Assembly (NCBI GenBank): GCA_963755915.1
Contig: CAVWLP010000003.1
Location: forward strand, 1,248,001 to 1,312,000
Direction of reading: 5' to 3'
Length of the DNA stretch: 64,000 nt
Source of the DNA: an uncultured Phycisphaerales bacterium
GTDB lineage: Bacteria > Planctomycetota > Phycisphaerae > Tepidisphaerales > Tepidisphaeraceae
Shown here piece by piece: positions 1 through 12,321 of this stretch. The position numbers were made by a program, and so were the translations under genes. Every line of letters starts with the position of its first letter. Position 1 is the stretch's first letter. The notes below the pieces were generated by a model. It was not told where the DNA came from, ran no database searches, and saw only the letters and a list, made by a program, of their open reading frames with translations.

Positions 1-237
1 CGGTCCGCTGGCAATGGTCAAAGTTACCGTGGAATTGTCCGTGGTAACGACGTCGCCGCTCGAATCTTCGACTGCTACCGTAATCGGCGGTGCAATTTCG
101 ATTCCCGCGAAAGCGTTAGTCGGCGGCTGGATAAAGGCGAGCTTCGCGGCGGCGCTGAATAAGACCCGCGACTCAAGAAACTCCAATTTGCATGGGGAAT
201 GAGGCGAGGGGCTCCGACGATCGTGCTGTGCACGCAT
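1..237 (-). CDS. LEPR-XLL (planctomycete extracellular) domain protein, N-terminal part, runs off the window edge
   Basis: Translated by hand (not in the ORF track): ATG at 237, MRAQHDRR...KLEFLESRVLFSAAAKLAFIQPPTNA...ITVAVEDSSGDVVTTDNSTVTLTI. LExLExRxLFS motif followed by an Ig-like segment. Confidence 0.75.
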   Translation of the reverse strand, partial: MRAQHDRRSPSPHSPCKLEFLESRVLFSAAAKLAFIQPPTNAFAGIEIAPPITVAVEDSSGDVVTTDNSTVTLTIASGP

Positions 238-421
238 GCCAACGCGGAATCGACTATTTCGCACGGGGTTCTTCACAAATTTGCTTTATCCGTGCCGGTC
301 CCCGTTTCGGATCCTCCAGCTTATTGCGAGTGTCAAGTTTTGTATCGATCCGGCCAATTCACCTTAAGTTGAGGTCCTGGCGCAAAAAGTGACGGGGCAA
401 AACCGCCGATAATACTCGCGA

Positions 422-2670
422 GTGACCGAGCGTTTCGTTGGGGGGGTCGGTGTCCCCACGCCAATTTCGCAGCAGTCGAAGTCCGCGCACAGCGTGGCGC
501 GGGGGTCATTGTTCCCATATTTTTCTGCACGCTGGTTTGCAGCTCGGCCATGCTTTTTTTTGTGGAGCCGATGTTTGCGAAGCTGCTGCTTCCGCTGCTG
601 GGTGGGACGCCGGGGGTTTGGAATACGTGCATGGTTTGCTTCCAGGCGCTGCTGCTGGCGGCATATGCGTTTGGGTACTGGTCGATCGGCCAGCTCGGGG
701 TGAAGCGGCAAACGGTGGTGCAGATATTGCTTTTGATCGCGGCAGCGCTGGCGTTGCCGGTGGCGCTGCCGCGAGGATATTACCCCCCCGCCGGGGGCAA
801 TCCGATTCTCTGGGTGATGGGAAATGTGATCGTCGCGGTCGGGCTGCCATTTTTCGCGGTGGCGACGACGGCCCCGGTGATGCAGCGGTGGTTTTCCGCG
901 ACCGGACACCGGGCCGGCAGTGATCCGTATTTTCTTTACGCCGCCAGCAACCTGGGAAGCCTCGCGGCGCTGATCGCCTATCCGACACTCGTCGAGCCGA
1001 GGGTAGGGCTGCGGCAGCAGGCGCAGCTCTGGTCAATCGGATATGCCTGGCTGGTGGCGCTAACGGCGGCCTGCGCTGTTTGTACGGCCTGGGCAGATCG
1101 TGCAGAAAATCGAGCGGGAAGGAATTTCCTGGCAACGGAGGGGCCGGTGGATTTTGCTGGCGATGATTCCCTCCAGCCTGCTGCTGGGAACGACGACGTT
1201 TATCACGACGGACATCGCGGCTGTGCCAATGCTTTGGATCGTGCCGCTGGTGATCTATCTGCTGAGTTTTATTTTTGTGTTTTCGTCGCGGCAGGTTTTG
1301 CCGCATCAACTCATGATGCGGCTTCAACCGGTTTGCGTGCTGTGGGTCGCACTGTTCATGCTCGGCCGCGTGGGCCAGCCGGTTTGGATGGTGCTGGCCG
1401 TGCACCTGGGATGCTTGTTTGTGTCGTCGATGGCGTGTCATGGAGAGCTGGCGAAAGACCGTCCGTCGGCGGGAAGGCTGACCGATTTTTATCTGATGAT
1501 GGCGCTCGGCGGGGTCCTGGGGGGCCTGTTTAATGCGCTGGCCGCCCCACTGCTGTTCAACAGCGCGGTGGAATATCCGGTGGCGCTGATCGCGGCATGC
1601 TGGGTTTGTGGGAGAAAGAAGCTCAGCCGCAGGGGAATGATCGTGGATTTCGTTTGGCCGGTCATCGTCGGGGCGCTTGCCTGGGGCGTTTTGCGCCGAC
1701 CGCCGGCGAGGCGATTTCAGCGAGGATGCTGGCCGTTGGCGTCGCAGTGATGATGGCGGGGTTGGCACTGCCCTGGCGGCGAAGGTTTGTGCTTTCACTG
1801 GCAGCACTGTTTCTGGTGGGCGGGGCGGAGGTGGGGAGGGGCGAAGTTTTGCTGGCGCGGCGGAGTTTTTTCGGGATTCACCGGGTGGTGAGGAATCCGG
1901 ATGGGCCATTCAATGATATTTATCATGGGACGACGGTGCATGGGCGGGAGTTTGTGGACGCGTCGGGCAGACCGGTGCGGGCGACAACGCCGCTGACGTA
2001 TTACAGCCGCAGCGGGCCGATCGGGGAGATCCTGGCGAAGGAGATCGCGGCAAATCCGCGGCGGCGAATTTCGGTTGTGGGGCTGGGGGTCGGAAGTTTG
2101 GCGGCTTATGCGCAGGACGGGACGCAGATCACGTATTATGAGATCGATCCGGCGGTCAGGTGGATCGCGCGGGATTCCGGATATTTTTCGTATCTGAAGT
2201 CGGCGCAGGATCGCGGAGCCGTTGTGAAGATTGTCATGGGGGACGCGCGGCTGACGCTGGGGACCGCGGTCTCGAAATCGTGTGATGTGCTGGTGATCGA
2301 TGCGTTCAGTGGGGATGCGGTTCCGGTGCATCTGCTGACCCGGCAGGCGATGCGGATTTATCTTGATAAGCTCGATCGCGGGGGGATTCTGGCGTTTCAT
2401 ATTTCGAATATGTATCTGAACCTGCTGCCGGTGTGCGCGGCGCTGGCGAGCGATGGGGGATGCGTTGCGCTATATCGAAACGATCTGGACGTGAGTCCGG
2501 AAGAAGCGATGGCGGGGAAGTCGGCGTCGCAGTGGGTCGTCATAGCGCGGGATGTGGGGGATTTGGGGGTGGTGAGCGGGGATTCGAGGTGGAAACCGCT
2601 GAAGGCGGTGGGTAAGCGGGTGTGGACGGATGATTTTTCGGACATATTCAGCGTTTTTCAGTGGAAGTGA
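422..2670 (+). CDS. Fused membrane domain / spermidine synthase-like SAM-dependent protein (frameshifted in the assembly)
   Basis: Consecutive ORFs 550-1533, 1100-1750 and 1597-2670 give a multi-TM N-terminus (LLPLLGGTPGVWNTCMVCFQ, PYFLYAASNLGS, CHGELA) and a C-terminal MTase (VVGLGVGSLA, YEIDP, GDAR, IDAFSGDAVPVHLLT, WTDDFS). Start uncertain (422-550). Confidence 0.8.
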
Positions 2671-4923
2671 TGCGACGCCGGCGCTTCAGGACGGCGAGGG
2701 TCGAGAAGAGCAGCAGACCGGCCGAGGCGGGTTCGGGGACGGCGAGGGAAAGGCCGTTGGCGGCGGCGAAGGCGTTGAGGGCCGACCAATCGGCGGCGGT
2801 GACCTGCGCATCGGCGCCGCTGTCGCCCTGGCCGAAGTTGGCGGCGAGGGCGGAGAAATCGGCGCCGTTGACGGAGGAGCTGAAGAGGAAATTTCCCTGA
2901 TCCCAATTGGTGACGCCCTTGCCGAAATTGGCGGCGAGGATGCTGAAATCACTTCCATTGACGGTACCGTCGAGATTGGCGTCGCCGAGTAGCGTGTATT
3001 TGACTTCGATTTGCCCAGAGGAAAGCCCGGCCACAACGCCGTCCTTCCCATCCGCGTAGCCGACGCCGTAGGCGTGGTTTGCCGCGGCAGCGGAGGAGAT
3101 GATTCCCAACCCGTTCCATCCGCCGTTGTTGTAGCCGGATTTGATGTAGCCAGCGATGGTGCTGAGGGGATCGCTGGAGGAATAAGTGAGGATGAAATGG
3201 TTGTTGCTGATATCAAACTGTCCCCCGGTGGAGATGGTGAGCGAGGAAAGGTTTTGCCCGCCCACATTGGGGGAGAGCTGGAGGGTGCCGGTGGGTTGAA
3301 TGGCGACAGCGACGCCGGTGGGAAGGGCGCCGGGGTCGCCGGCGATGAGGATGCCGGCGTCGATGGTGGCGGCGGAGAAGGAATTCCGGCCGGTGAGAAG
3401 GAGAATTCCGTTGTCGGTCTTTTCGATGGAGCCATCGGTGAGGGGCGCGGAGACGACGACATCGGCGGCGGCGTTGCCGTGCATGATTTCGAAGAAGACG
3501 TCTTTACCGCCGAGATCGACGTAGCCGGGGGCTTCGCCGGGACCGACGGCGGAACTGGCGATGGTGCCTGTCCCGGAGGTGGCGTCGAACGTCACATCGT
3601 AGAGATCCAAGCTGGCCGGATAAACAGGATCGGCGGAGAGGGTGATCGTGCCGCCATTCAGATACAAAAATGCCTCGGACGCGTTGAAGACAGCCCCGGG
3701 AGCGAGAGAAACGGAGCCGGCGTTTTGATAGAAGGCGTCGCCACCAGACTCTTCGAGAAGCTGCTTGGCGCCGACGGTTATCGTTCCGGTGTTGACCGTG
3801 GTTGACTGGAAGACCGTCGGCGCGTCGACGGTGATGGTGCCGCTGTTGGCGATCTCAGTGGGAGCGTAGGCGTAGTCGTCGCTGCTGGTGGAAGGGGATC
3901 CGACGGCCGTGAAGGTGAGGTTTCCGGAGTTGATGAAGGTTCCGTCGGCTTCAAGCGTTTCGGCAGTGGTTCGCGCCCGACGAGTTCGACATTCCCTGAA
4001 TTGGTCGCAGTTGAGGCTGCGAAAAAAATGATGCCACCGGAGTAGGATGCGGGATTGGGCTGGAATTGGACGGTGACGCCGGAGGGAACGCTCGACCCGC
4101 TGACGTCGCCGACAGCCCCGACAAACTGGAATGTTCCGCTACTCACGGTTGAGGAACCGAGGCTGAGGGTTGGGGCGTCGAAGCTGGAATCGTTGTTGAG
4201 GGTGACGGTGCCGGTGACGGACCCGCCGTTGTAGTTGAACGTGCCGGCGGTAAGGAGCAGAGTGCCGGCAACATTGAGATTGCCGAACCCTTGACTATAG
4301 GTGTTGGAGGTTCCAGTGAGGGAAACCGTGGAACCTGCGTCAATCGCCGTATTGGCGAGGCTGGCGATGGGAGAGGCCAGCGTTTCGTTGGCGTTGAAGA
4401 CGAGCGTGCCGTCTTCGATCGTCGTGGCGCCGGTGTATTGGTTGGGGGCATAGAGTGTGAGCGTTCCATCGCCGAGCTTGGTGAGGCCGCTGGTTCCCGC
4501 AAGCTGCGCGTCGATGGCGGTGGAGACGCCGGGACCGACGGTGATGTCGCCGGTTGCGAGCGTGAGGGTGTCGGAAGCTCCGATGAGGGTGAAGCCGGCG
4601 TTGAAGTCGAGGGAATTGGCGAAGCGGTTGGCCTGGAGCTGGATTTGGCCGACGGTTCCGAGTCCGAAGGTGAGGTCGTCGCCGGGTGCGGAGTTGGGGG
4701 GAGCGGAGTCGACGACGGCGTTGGAAGTCCAGTTGTCGGGGTTGGACCAGTTGGTTCCGTCGCCCGGAACCCCGACGGCGGCATTGCCGTCCCAGGTGGC
4801 GGAGGTTGCCAGGACCGGTGGAGGTTTGAGGAAAACCGCGGCGGCGGCGGGAATGAGCGCGGCGAGGCGCACGGATTTGGAGACGTTCTTGAAGCGCCAC
4901 GACAAATGCTTGCACTTTTGCAT
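2648..4923 (-). CDS. PEP-CTERM protein with autotransporter-associated beta-strand repeats and dockerin-like module (frameshift near 3970)
   Basis: Signal peptide; GLTKLGDGTLTLYAPNQYTGATTIEDGTL repeat; GDANLDGTVNGSDFSILAANFG; C-terminal VPEP + TM helix + RRRR. ORFs 3778-4923 and 2648-3667. Confidence 0.85.
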
Positions 4924-5159
4924 CCCACTACCCTCTTAAATGAGTTGAAGAGAGGGGCAGCATAGCGACGGAGCGGGGAATCCGTCTACAAATTTTCGTA
5001 CCGCGCCTGCGGATTGGGGTGAGAGGAGGGGGTGGTCGGGGGGCATGTCCGAAAATGTCCGGAAATGCCCGGGATTTGACGATGAGTTTTTTTCTCCCCT
5101 GGCTGGGTGCGATCTGCCGGGCCAGGCTTGGGGGGAATATGCGTGGGTGATGAGGTGCA

Positions 5160-5221
5160 TCTATATATAGGTCCGAAAGGTGTACGTTTTGTACCTATTT
5201 TTGGGAAATCGGCGGATTTTT
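5160..5221. repeat. 62-bp dispersed AT-rich repeat, copy 1 (copy 2 at 49782-49843)
   Basis: tctatatataggtccgaaaggtgtacgttttgtacctatttttgggaaatcggcggattttt; 3 mismatches to copy 2. Confidence 0.9.
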
Positions 5222-5267
5222 TTGAAATTTTTTTTCGGGGGTGGATCGTTGGGGGCGGCGAAAAGAC

Positions 5268-5300
5268 GCGCCCCGCAAGCGGGGGCGGCTACACGGGGAG
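5268..5300. repeat. REP-like hairpin (gcgccccgc-aa-gcgggggcggctacacggggag), empty-site form
   Basis: Shares the gc-aa-gc loop and the ...gcggctacacggggag tail with 16764-16819. Confidence 0.7.
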
Positions 5301-5440
5301 AGGAGAAGCAGTGTTGGGGGCGGGGGTATTATGGACCTTGGACAGATGTTAAAAAAAGGGGCTGGGGCGCGTGATATTCTACAAATCTAGAACCGATAAA
5401 TGGAGCGATGCATTTCTCTCGCCGGAGAGGCTGCGAGCGG

Positions 5441-8400
5441 ATGAAAGCGTGGTCGGCGCGGAGGCGACGAGTTTTAGCGGCGGCAGTCATTGCGCTGGTG
5501 GAAGCGCAGGGGCAGCGGCGCGCGGCGGCGATGCCGGGCGGCGGGCAGGTCGTGGCGGGGTCGGCGGGGATTTCTTCTTCGGGAAACGCGATGGTGGTTC
5601 GGCAGGCGACCAACCGCGCGATCATCAACTGGAACCAGTTTTCGGTCGGGGCCCGGGAGTCGGTGACGTTTGATCTGCCGACGAAGTTATCGGCCGTTCT
5701 GAACCGGGTTACGACGCTTACGCCTAGCGAGATCGACGGGACGCTGGCTTCCAATGGGAGTGTTTATTTGATCAATCCCAGCGGGATTATTATCGGACCG
5801 CATGGCGAGATCGACGCACAGAGCTTCGTGGCGTCGTCGCTGGACGTGAATAACACGGTTTTCATGGGAGGGGGGAATCTTGCGTTTGCGGGGTCGTCAT
5901 CGGCGGCGGTGGTGAACGAGGGGACGATCAACGCGATGGGGGGAAGCGTCGTGCTGATGGCGCAGAGGGTGCGGAACAGCGGGCAGATCAGCGCGGGCGG
6001 GGGATCGGTGAACCTGGCGGCGGGGAGCGAGGTTCTGCTTCAGCAATCGAGCACGCCGGGATTCACGGTGCGGGTGATGGGAAGCGGGTCGGTGAGCAAC
6101 AGCGGGCTGGTGCAGGCGACGATGGCGCAGCTCGCGGCCAACGGGGGGAACGCGATGGCGCTGGCGATCAACAACACAGGGATCGTTCGCGCGACCGGGG
6201 TGAGGAATGTCGGCGGGCATATTTATCTGAGCGCGGGGGGCGGGGAAGCGAGCAATAACGGGACGCTGGATGCTTCGCCCGGCGCGGGGACGGGCGGGGA
6301 AATCGTGATGACTGGGAAAGATGTGATGGTGGGGAGCGGATCGCAATTGCTGGCGACGGGAGCCAGCGGCGGCGGGGAAATCCTGGTGGGTGGGAGCTGG
6401 GAGAATGAGGATCCTTCGGTGCCGCAGTCGGTGGGAGCGGTTGTCGAGAAAGGGGCGGTGCTGGATGCATCGGCGACGCAGTCGGGGGCGGGGGGGACGA
6501 TCGTGGTGCGATCGGATGTGGAGAATGCGGATTCGGTGACGCGGGCGTATGGAACATTTCTGGCGCAGGGGGCGGGCGTTGGGATGGGCGGGCGGGTGGA
6601 GACGTCGGGGCACTGGCTGGACGCCGGCGGGGCGACGGTGTCGGCGGCGGGACCGGGGGCGCGGGGGAGTGGCTGCTGGACCCGTATAACCTGGTCATCA
6701 ATTCGTCGACGACCAATGGAATCAATGAAACGTCTTCGCCGTGGGTTCCGACGTTTAGCGGGGCGAACGTGGATGCCGCGGATATCGACACAGCGCTGAA
6801 CGGCAACAACAGCGTGACGATCTACACCGGAGGGAACAGCGGGGGTGGAGATTCGGGGAATATCACCGTCAATGCGCCTATCACCAAGTCGAGCGGGAGC
6901 GGCAACGTGACGCTGACCCTCCGGGCGGACAACAACATCATCATCAACGATCCGATTACCGCGACTTCCGGGGTAATGAACATCGTGCTGGATTCGCATT
7001 ACAGCACGGGAGGGAGCACGGCGGGCCTGATCATCCTGGACTCGAATCTGAGCACCAACGGAGGGAATGTGAGCTTCGGGACGGACCGGACATATGGCGG
7101 GGCGCTGATCGGCGGAGATGTTTATCTGAATGCAAGCAGCGCGCAGACAATTTCAACGGCTCCTTCGGCGCGGGCACCGGCGGAAGCGTGACAGTGTGGG
7201 GGCAGGTTCTGATCGCAAATCCGAATGGGCTGGCGATCGATACGGCGGGCGGGGCGGTGAATTTTGAGAGTACGGTGGATTCGGGTGATACGTATTCGCT
7301 GGGAGCGGATGGGAGCGTGACTTGGGCGCAGGCGGTGACGGATGCGCAATCGGGGACGGCGGCGGGGACGAGCGTGGGGGATACGTATCTGGCGACGATC
7401 ACGACGTCGCTGCAGAACCAGATCGCGGCGAACGCGGCGGGATATCAGCCGGCGTGGCTGGGGGGACATCGGCCGATCGTTGGGGGGACGACGAGCCAGA
7501 CCTGGTATTGGGTGACGGGGCCGCTTGGGCAGGCAAATGGGGGGACGGGGACGGCGTTTTTTACGGAGTATTACACGGACCAGGTCTCCAATGCCCCAGA
7601 TGGGACGCCGATCAATGGGGCGTTTACGAACTGGAACAATGGGGAGCCGAACAATGACGGGGGAGTGAATACGACACAGGCGGCGGAGACGACGCTGCAG
7701 TTTGAGGGAACTAACGCGCTGTGGAATGACATATCGCAGAATGACGACTACCCGTATGTGGTGCAGAAAAACCTGGCCCCCAGCACGCTGACGGTCAACG
7801 CCGGCGCGGGGCGGGTGACGTTTGCGGGATTGGTGGGGAGCAACAAGGCGCTGGCGAGTTTGACGGTCACCGGGCCGGTGACGGTGAGCGGGGGTGGAAT
7901 TACCACAACCGGCGCTCAGACCTACAACAATCCGATTGCGCTGGGGTCGTCGAGCACTTATTTCGCGGCGACGGCGAGCGATCTTACGATGGGATCGAAT
8001 ATCAGCTATACGCTGGGAACTCCGGCGACCGTCACGCTGCAGTCGTCGGGAAACATCATGCTCTCCGCCGGCACGTCGATCAGCGGAGCGGGGAGCGGCG
8101 GGCTGGGCGTGACGCTGGATTCCGCGGCCTACGGCGGAACCAGCGGCGCGATCATATCGAGCGCGGGATCCTCAATAAATTCCAACGGCGGTGACGTGGT
8201 GCTGGGCGGCGGAACAACGCCCATCTCCACCCCTGCGTATGGAAATGCGACATACATCGACGGTGTTTTGTTTCTTGCAGCAACGATTTCCACCGGAACC
8301 GGCCAGCTCACCATCAATGGACAGGGATATTCCGGAGGAACCCTGGCGGATGCGGGGGTGGCACTGACCACCAACGGCGGGTCGGGACCGGGGAGTTCGA

Positions 8401-10591
8401 TCACATCGGGTGGCGGGGCAATTTCGATCAATGGCACCGGCGGGAACAGCTCCGGGGGATCGTTGGGAATCGCGATCGTTTCCGGGTCTTCGGTTGCCGC
8501 GACCAACGGAGCGAATTTGACGATCAGCGGCACGGGAGCTCCGGGAAATGCGGTTGGCAACATTGGGGTTAACATCTTTGCATCGACGGTATCGGTGGAC
8601 ACGGGAACGCTGACCATCACCGGCACAGCCGGTGGCGGCACGGGAGGCAGCGGTGTTTTCGCGCCCAACGGCTCGCAGATTCTGTCGAGCAGCGGAGGGC
8701 CGATCGATATCATCGCTACCGGCAACAGCGGTGGGACGGCGCTGTTTCTGAGCGGCGGGGCAATCGTCGGCGGAGCATCGGCAGGTAATGTGACCCTCGA
8801 AGCCGACTCATTGAGCGCCGATCCGCAGACGCAGATCGAGGGTACGGGCACTTTGACGATCTTCCCCGTGAGCGCGGGAACGTCCATCGGCATTGGCGAC
8901 GGCGCGAATGGGACTCTCAGTCTCGATAGTACGACTCTCGGCACCATTCAGAGCGGATTTTCGGCCATCACGTTCGGCGACAATTCGCACACAAGCCAGA
9001 TTGAAGTGGCGGCAGCGAATCTGGGTGGAAATGTAAACCTGATCGCGGGTACGGGTGGAATATCAATCGACGGAAATTTTGTTGTTTCCAATGTCCTGAG
9101 TCTGACTTCCAGCGGCCCGGTGACGCAGAGCGGGCCGATTTCGGCGCAGTCGCTGCTGCTGGGCGGGAGCGGGAGCGTTACGCTGAGCGACTCGAACAAT
9201 TCTGTAGGAACCGTTGCGGGAAATGTCTCGGGGGCGGGCGTGGAATTTGTGGATTTCTCGAGCCTGACGGTGGGGAGTGTTTCGGGAACGAATGGGCTGA
9301 GCGACAGCGCGGGGGCGGTGACGCTGGTTTCCGGCTCGAATATCGTGCTTTCGCAGGGGGTTTCGGGAACGGGAAGCGGAACAACGGTGGTGCTGGCGGC
9401 GGGCGGGAATTTTGTGAATTCGGTAGGCAGCGGGGCGATCGCGACCGGGTCGGGGAGATTTTTGGTTTACTCGACGAACCCGGCGGATGATACGGACGGG
9501 GGACTGAGCGCCGGGCATCTTTATGACGAGACGTATGCCGGGAATCCGCCGGGGAGTATTGGGGCGGGTGGGAATCTTTTTCTGTATAGCTATTCGCCGG
9601 TGCTGACGTTTACGGCGGATGGCAAAACGAAAGTGTATGGAGAGGCGAATCCGGCGCTGACGTACCAGGTGGCAGGATTGGTGAATGGGGACACGCTTTC
9701 CGAGGCGATTTCGGGAACGGCGGCAGTTTCGACGAATGCCACCGCGGATTCGGGGGTGGGAAATTATGCGATTGCGCCGACGCCGGAACTCTGGATTCGC
9801 TGATGGGGTATTCGTTTGATTTTGTGGCGGGGAATCTTTCGGTCACGCAGGCGCCGCTGACGATTACGGCGAATGATGCATCGAAAGTTTACGGGGCGGC
9901 GCTACCGACGTTCAGCGCGAGTTTTTCGGGACTGCTGAATGGGGATTCTTCGAGCGTGGTTTCGGGCTTGCAGTTTTCGAGCAGCGGGAGCGCGCAAAGC
10001 GGGGTTGGGCAGTTTAGCGTAACGCCGGGCGGGGCATTGGCGGGGAATTATTCGATCAGTTATGTCGGGGGGACACTGACGGTAACGCCGGCGCCGCTGA
10101 CGATCGCGGCGGTGAATCAGGCGCGATTGCTGAACGTGCCGAACTCGGCGCTGGCGGTGGATTTTATCGGGCTGGTGAATGCGGATGTGCCGGGAGATGT
10201 TCTTAGCGTGACGCTGAGCACGACGGCACAGACGAGATCGCCGGCGGGGGATTATCCGATCATCGTCTCGGGCGGGGTAAACGGAAATTACGATATTACA
10301 AGGGTTGATGGCACGCTGACGGTTGCGCCGCTGCCGACCGAGGCAATCCAGGGGGAGTGGCAGACGGTGCAGCAGTCGGCGCCGAATTTTGGCGTGGTTC
10401 AGACCAGCATTTTGCCGACGGCGCAGACGGGGGAGCAGGCGCCGGCGAGGGGGTTGCCGGGGAATCTGGTTATGGAGGCGAATGTTCCCGGGCGGGTGAG
10501 GGGCAGAGGGAATATCGCGCTGAGCCGGGAGCAGATGATGCAGAATGCGATTATGCATGTGAGTTCGTTTGATGTGGGCGTGGCGCGATAA
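5441..10591 (+). CDS. TpsA / filamentous haemagglutinin-family exoprotein with C-type lectin and MBG-type repeats (3 frameshifts)
   Basis: TPS domain (PGGGQVVAG, IINWNQFSV, VLNRV, LINPSGI), GGRVETSG and GEWLLDP motifs, Gly-rich beta-helix repeats, C-terminal KVYG...LTV repeats. ORFs 5408-6799, 6769-7191, 7188-9803 and 9803-10591; next to TpsB. Confidence 0.85.
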
Positions 10592-10605
10592 TTGGAAAGG
10601 TTGGC

Positions 10606-12309
10606 ATGTTAAGGACGGCTTGGGTTGCGATTCTGGTGATGGGTCTTGGTTCGGCCGCATGGGGGCAGGATGCCGAGCGGCTGGCGCCGAAGGTGCCCGC
10701 GCCTGGTGGGCCGGCGCAGTTCCAAGCGCCGGGGCCGGCGACGAAGCCGGGGGGAAATGCGGTGGTGGTGGATGATTTGCGCGGGATGGTGTTTGTCGAC
10801 TCGCAGTGGGCGCTGAAGGAATCGTCGGAGGTGAAGGGGATCGACGTCAGCGGGGCGAAGCTTTTGGACAATCCGAAATTTGTGGCCCAGGTTTCGCCGT
10901 TTCTGGGCAAGCCGCTGACGATGGACGGGCTCAATGAGATTTGCCGGCTGGTGGTGCTCTATTGCCGGGGGGAGGACCGGCCGGTGGTGGACGCGATCGT
11001 GCCCGAGCAGGATGTCACGCGGGGGACGGTGCAGATTTTGCTGCTGGAGGGAAGGGTGGGGAAAGTGGTATCGGAGGGGAATCGATTTTTCCCGAGCCGA
11101 TTGTTTGTGGATGCGATTCGATCGAAGCCGGGGGATGAGATTGTGCAGTCGAGCTTGATGGACGACGTGGATTGGCTGAACCGGGATCCGTTTCATCATA
11201 CGGATTTGCTGCTTCAAAGCGGCGCAGAGGTCGGGCAGACGGATGTGGTCCTTCAAAGCGAGGACCATTTCCCGGTGCGGGTTTACGCGGGATATGAAAA
11301 CACGGGGCCGATCAGCACCGGCGGGGATCGGTGGCTGACGGGTTTTAACACCGGAAACACCCTGGGTCTGGACGACCAACTGAATTACCAGTTCACGGCC
11401 AACAGCGATATCCAGCGGTTCATCGCGCATAGCGCCAGCTATGTTCTGCCGCTGCCGTGGCGGAATATCCTGACGATTTTCGGCAACTGGTCTTCGACGC
11501 GGGTGATGACGGACCCGGAGATTTTCCAGACGGGGCAGGCGTGGCAGGTGAGCGGGCGATATGAGATTCCCCTGCCGCGCGCGGGAAATTTTCAAAGCTC
11601 GATCATTCTCGGCGGAGATTTTAAGCGCACCAACACCAACGCCGATTTCGGCGGTGACAGCGTGTTTGCATCCAACGTGGACGTCGTGCAGTTCATGGCG
11701 GGGTACGACCTGAGCGAGGCCGACTCGTGCGGGTCGGGGGATGCGTCGATCCAGGGATTTTTCTCGCCGGGATTCATCGGTGGGCAGGATGATGACGCGA
11801 GCTACGAGCAGGCGCGGGCTGGGGCGGATCCGCAGTATGGCTATGGGCTGGTCTCGGCGGATCGGACGACGAATCTGCCGGCGGGATTCTCCTGGCTTTC
11901 GAGATTTCAGGGGCAATATGCCAGCGGGCCGCTACAGGGGAGCGAGCAGCTTGGGATCGGGGGGATAGATTCGGTGCGAGGATATTTCGATCGGGAAGGG
12001 AATGGGGATGACGGCATCATTTTTTCAAATCAGCTCCAGTATCCGGTGAACCTGCCGAAGGTGGCGGGGGTGACGAACCAGGTGATGTTTTTAGCGTTTG
12101 TGGATTATGGCGTGGCCTGGCTGCGGGATGCGCAAATTGGGGAACAGAGCCAGGAGAATTTTCTGGGAGTGGGGCCGGGAATCAGCTATCGGCTGGGGTC
12201 GTGGATCAGCATTGATTATGACTATGGGTGGAGATTGGCGCGAGGGGATCCGGATGTTCATGCGACGGGGAGGAATCATTTGCGCGTCGTGGTGAGTTTT
12301 ACATATTAA
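10606..12309 (+). CDS. TpsB (ShlB/FhaC/HecB family) outer-membrane transporter
   Basis: Signal peptide, POTRA region (PEQDVTRGTVQILLLEGRVG), loop-6 motif SEQLGIGGIDSVRGY, terminal beta-strand ending SFTY. Confidence 0.9.
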   Translation: MLRTAWVAILVMGLGSAAWGQDAERLAPKVPAPGGPAQFQAPGPATKPGGNAVVVDDLRGMVFVDSQWALKESSEVKGIDVSGAKLLDNPKFVAQVSPFLGKPLTMDGLNEICRLVVLYCRGEDRPVVDAIVPEQDVTRGTVQILLLEGRVGKVVSEGNRFFPSRLFVDAIRSKPGDEIVQSSLMDDVDWLNRDPFHHTDLLLQSGAEVGQTDVVLQSEDHFPVRVYAGYENTGPISTGGDRWLTGFNTGNTLGLDDQLNYQFTANSDIQRFIAHSASYVLPLPWRNILTIFGNWSSTRVMTDPEIFQTGQAWQVSGRYEIPLPRAGNFQSSIILGGDFKRTNTNADFGGDSVFASNVDVVQFMAGYDLSEADSCGSGDASIQGFFSPGFIGGQDDDASYEQARAGADPQYGYGLVSADRTTNLPAGFSWLSRFQGQYASGPLQGSEQLGIGGIDSVRGYFDREGNGDDGIIFSNQLQYPVNLPKVAGVTNQVMFLAFVDYGVAWLRDAQIGEQSQENFLGVGPGISYRLGSWISIDYDYGWRLARGDPDVHATGRNHLRVVVSFTY

Positions 12310-12321
12310 AAACCCGAAACC

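Noticed and set aside
5441-12309. TpsA/TpsB as a contact-dependent inhibition (CdiAB) system
   Set aside because: No VENN-like pre-toxin motif, toxin domain or immunity gene; the C-terminus has adhesin-type repeats and TpsB follows directly.
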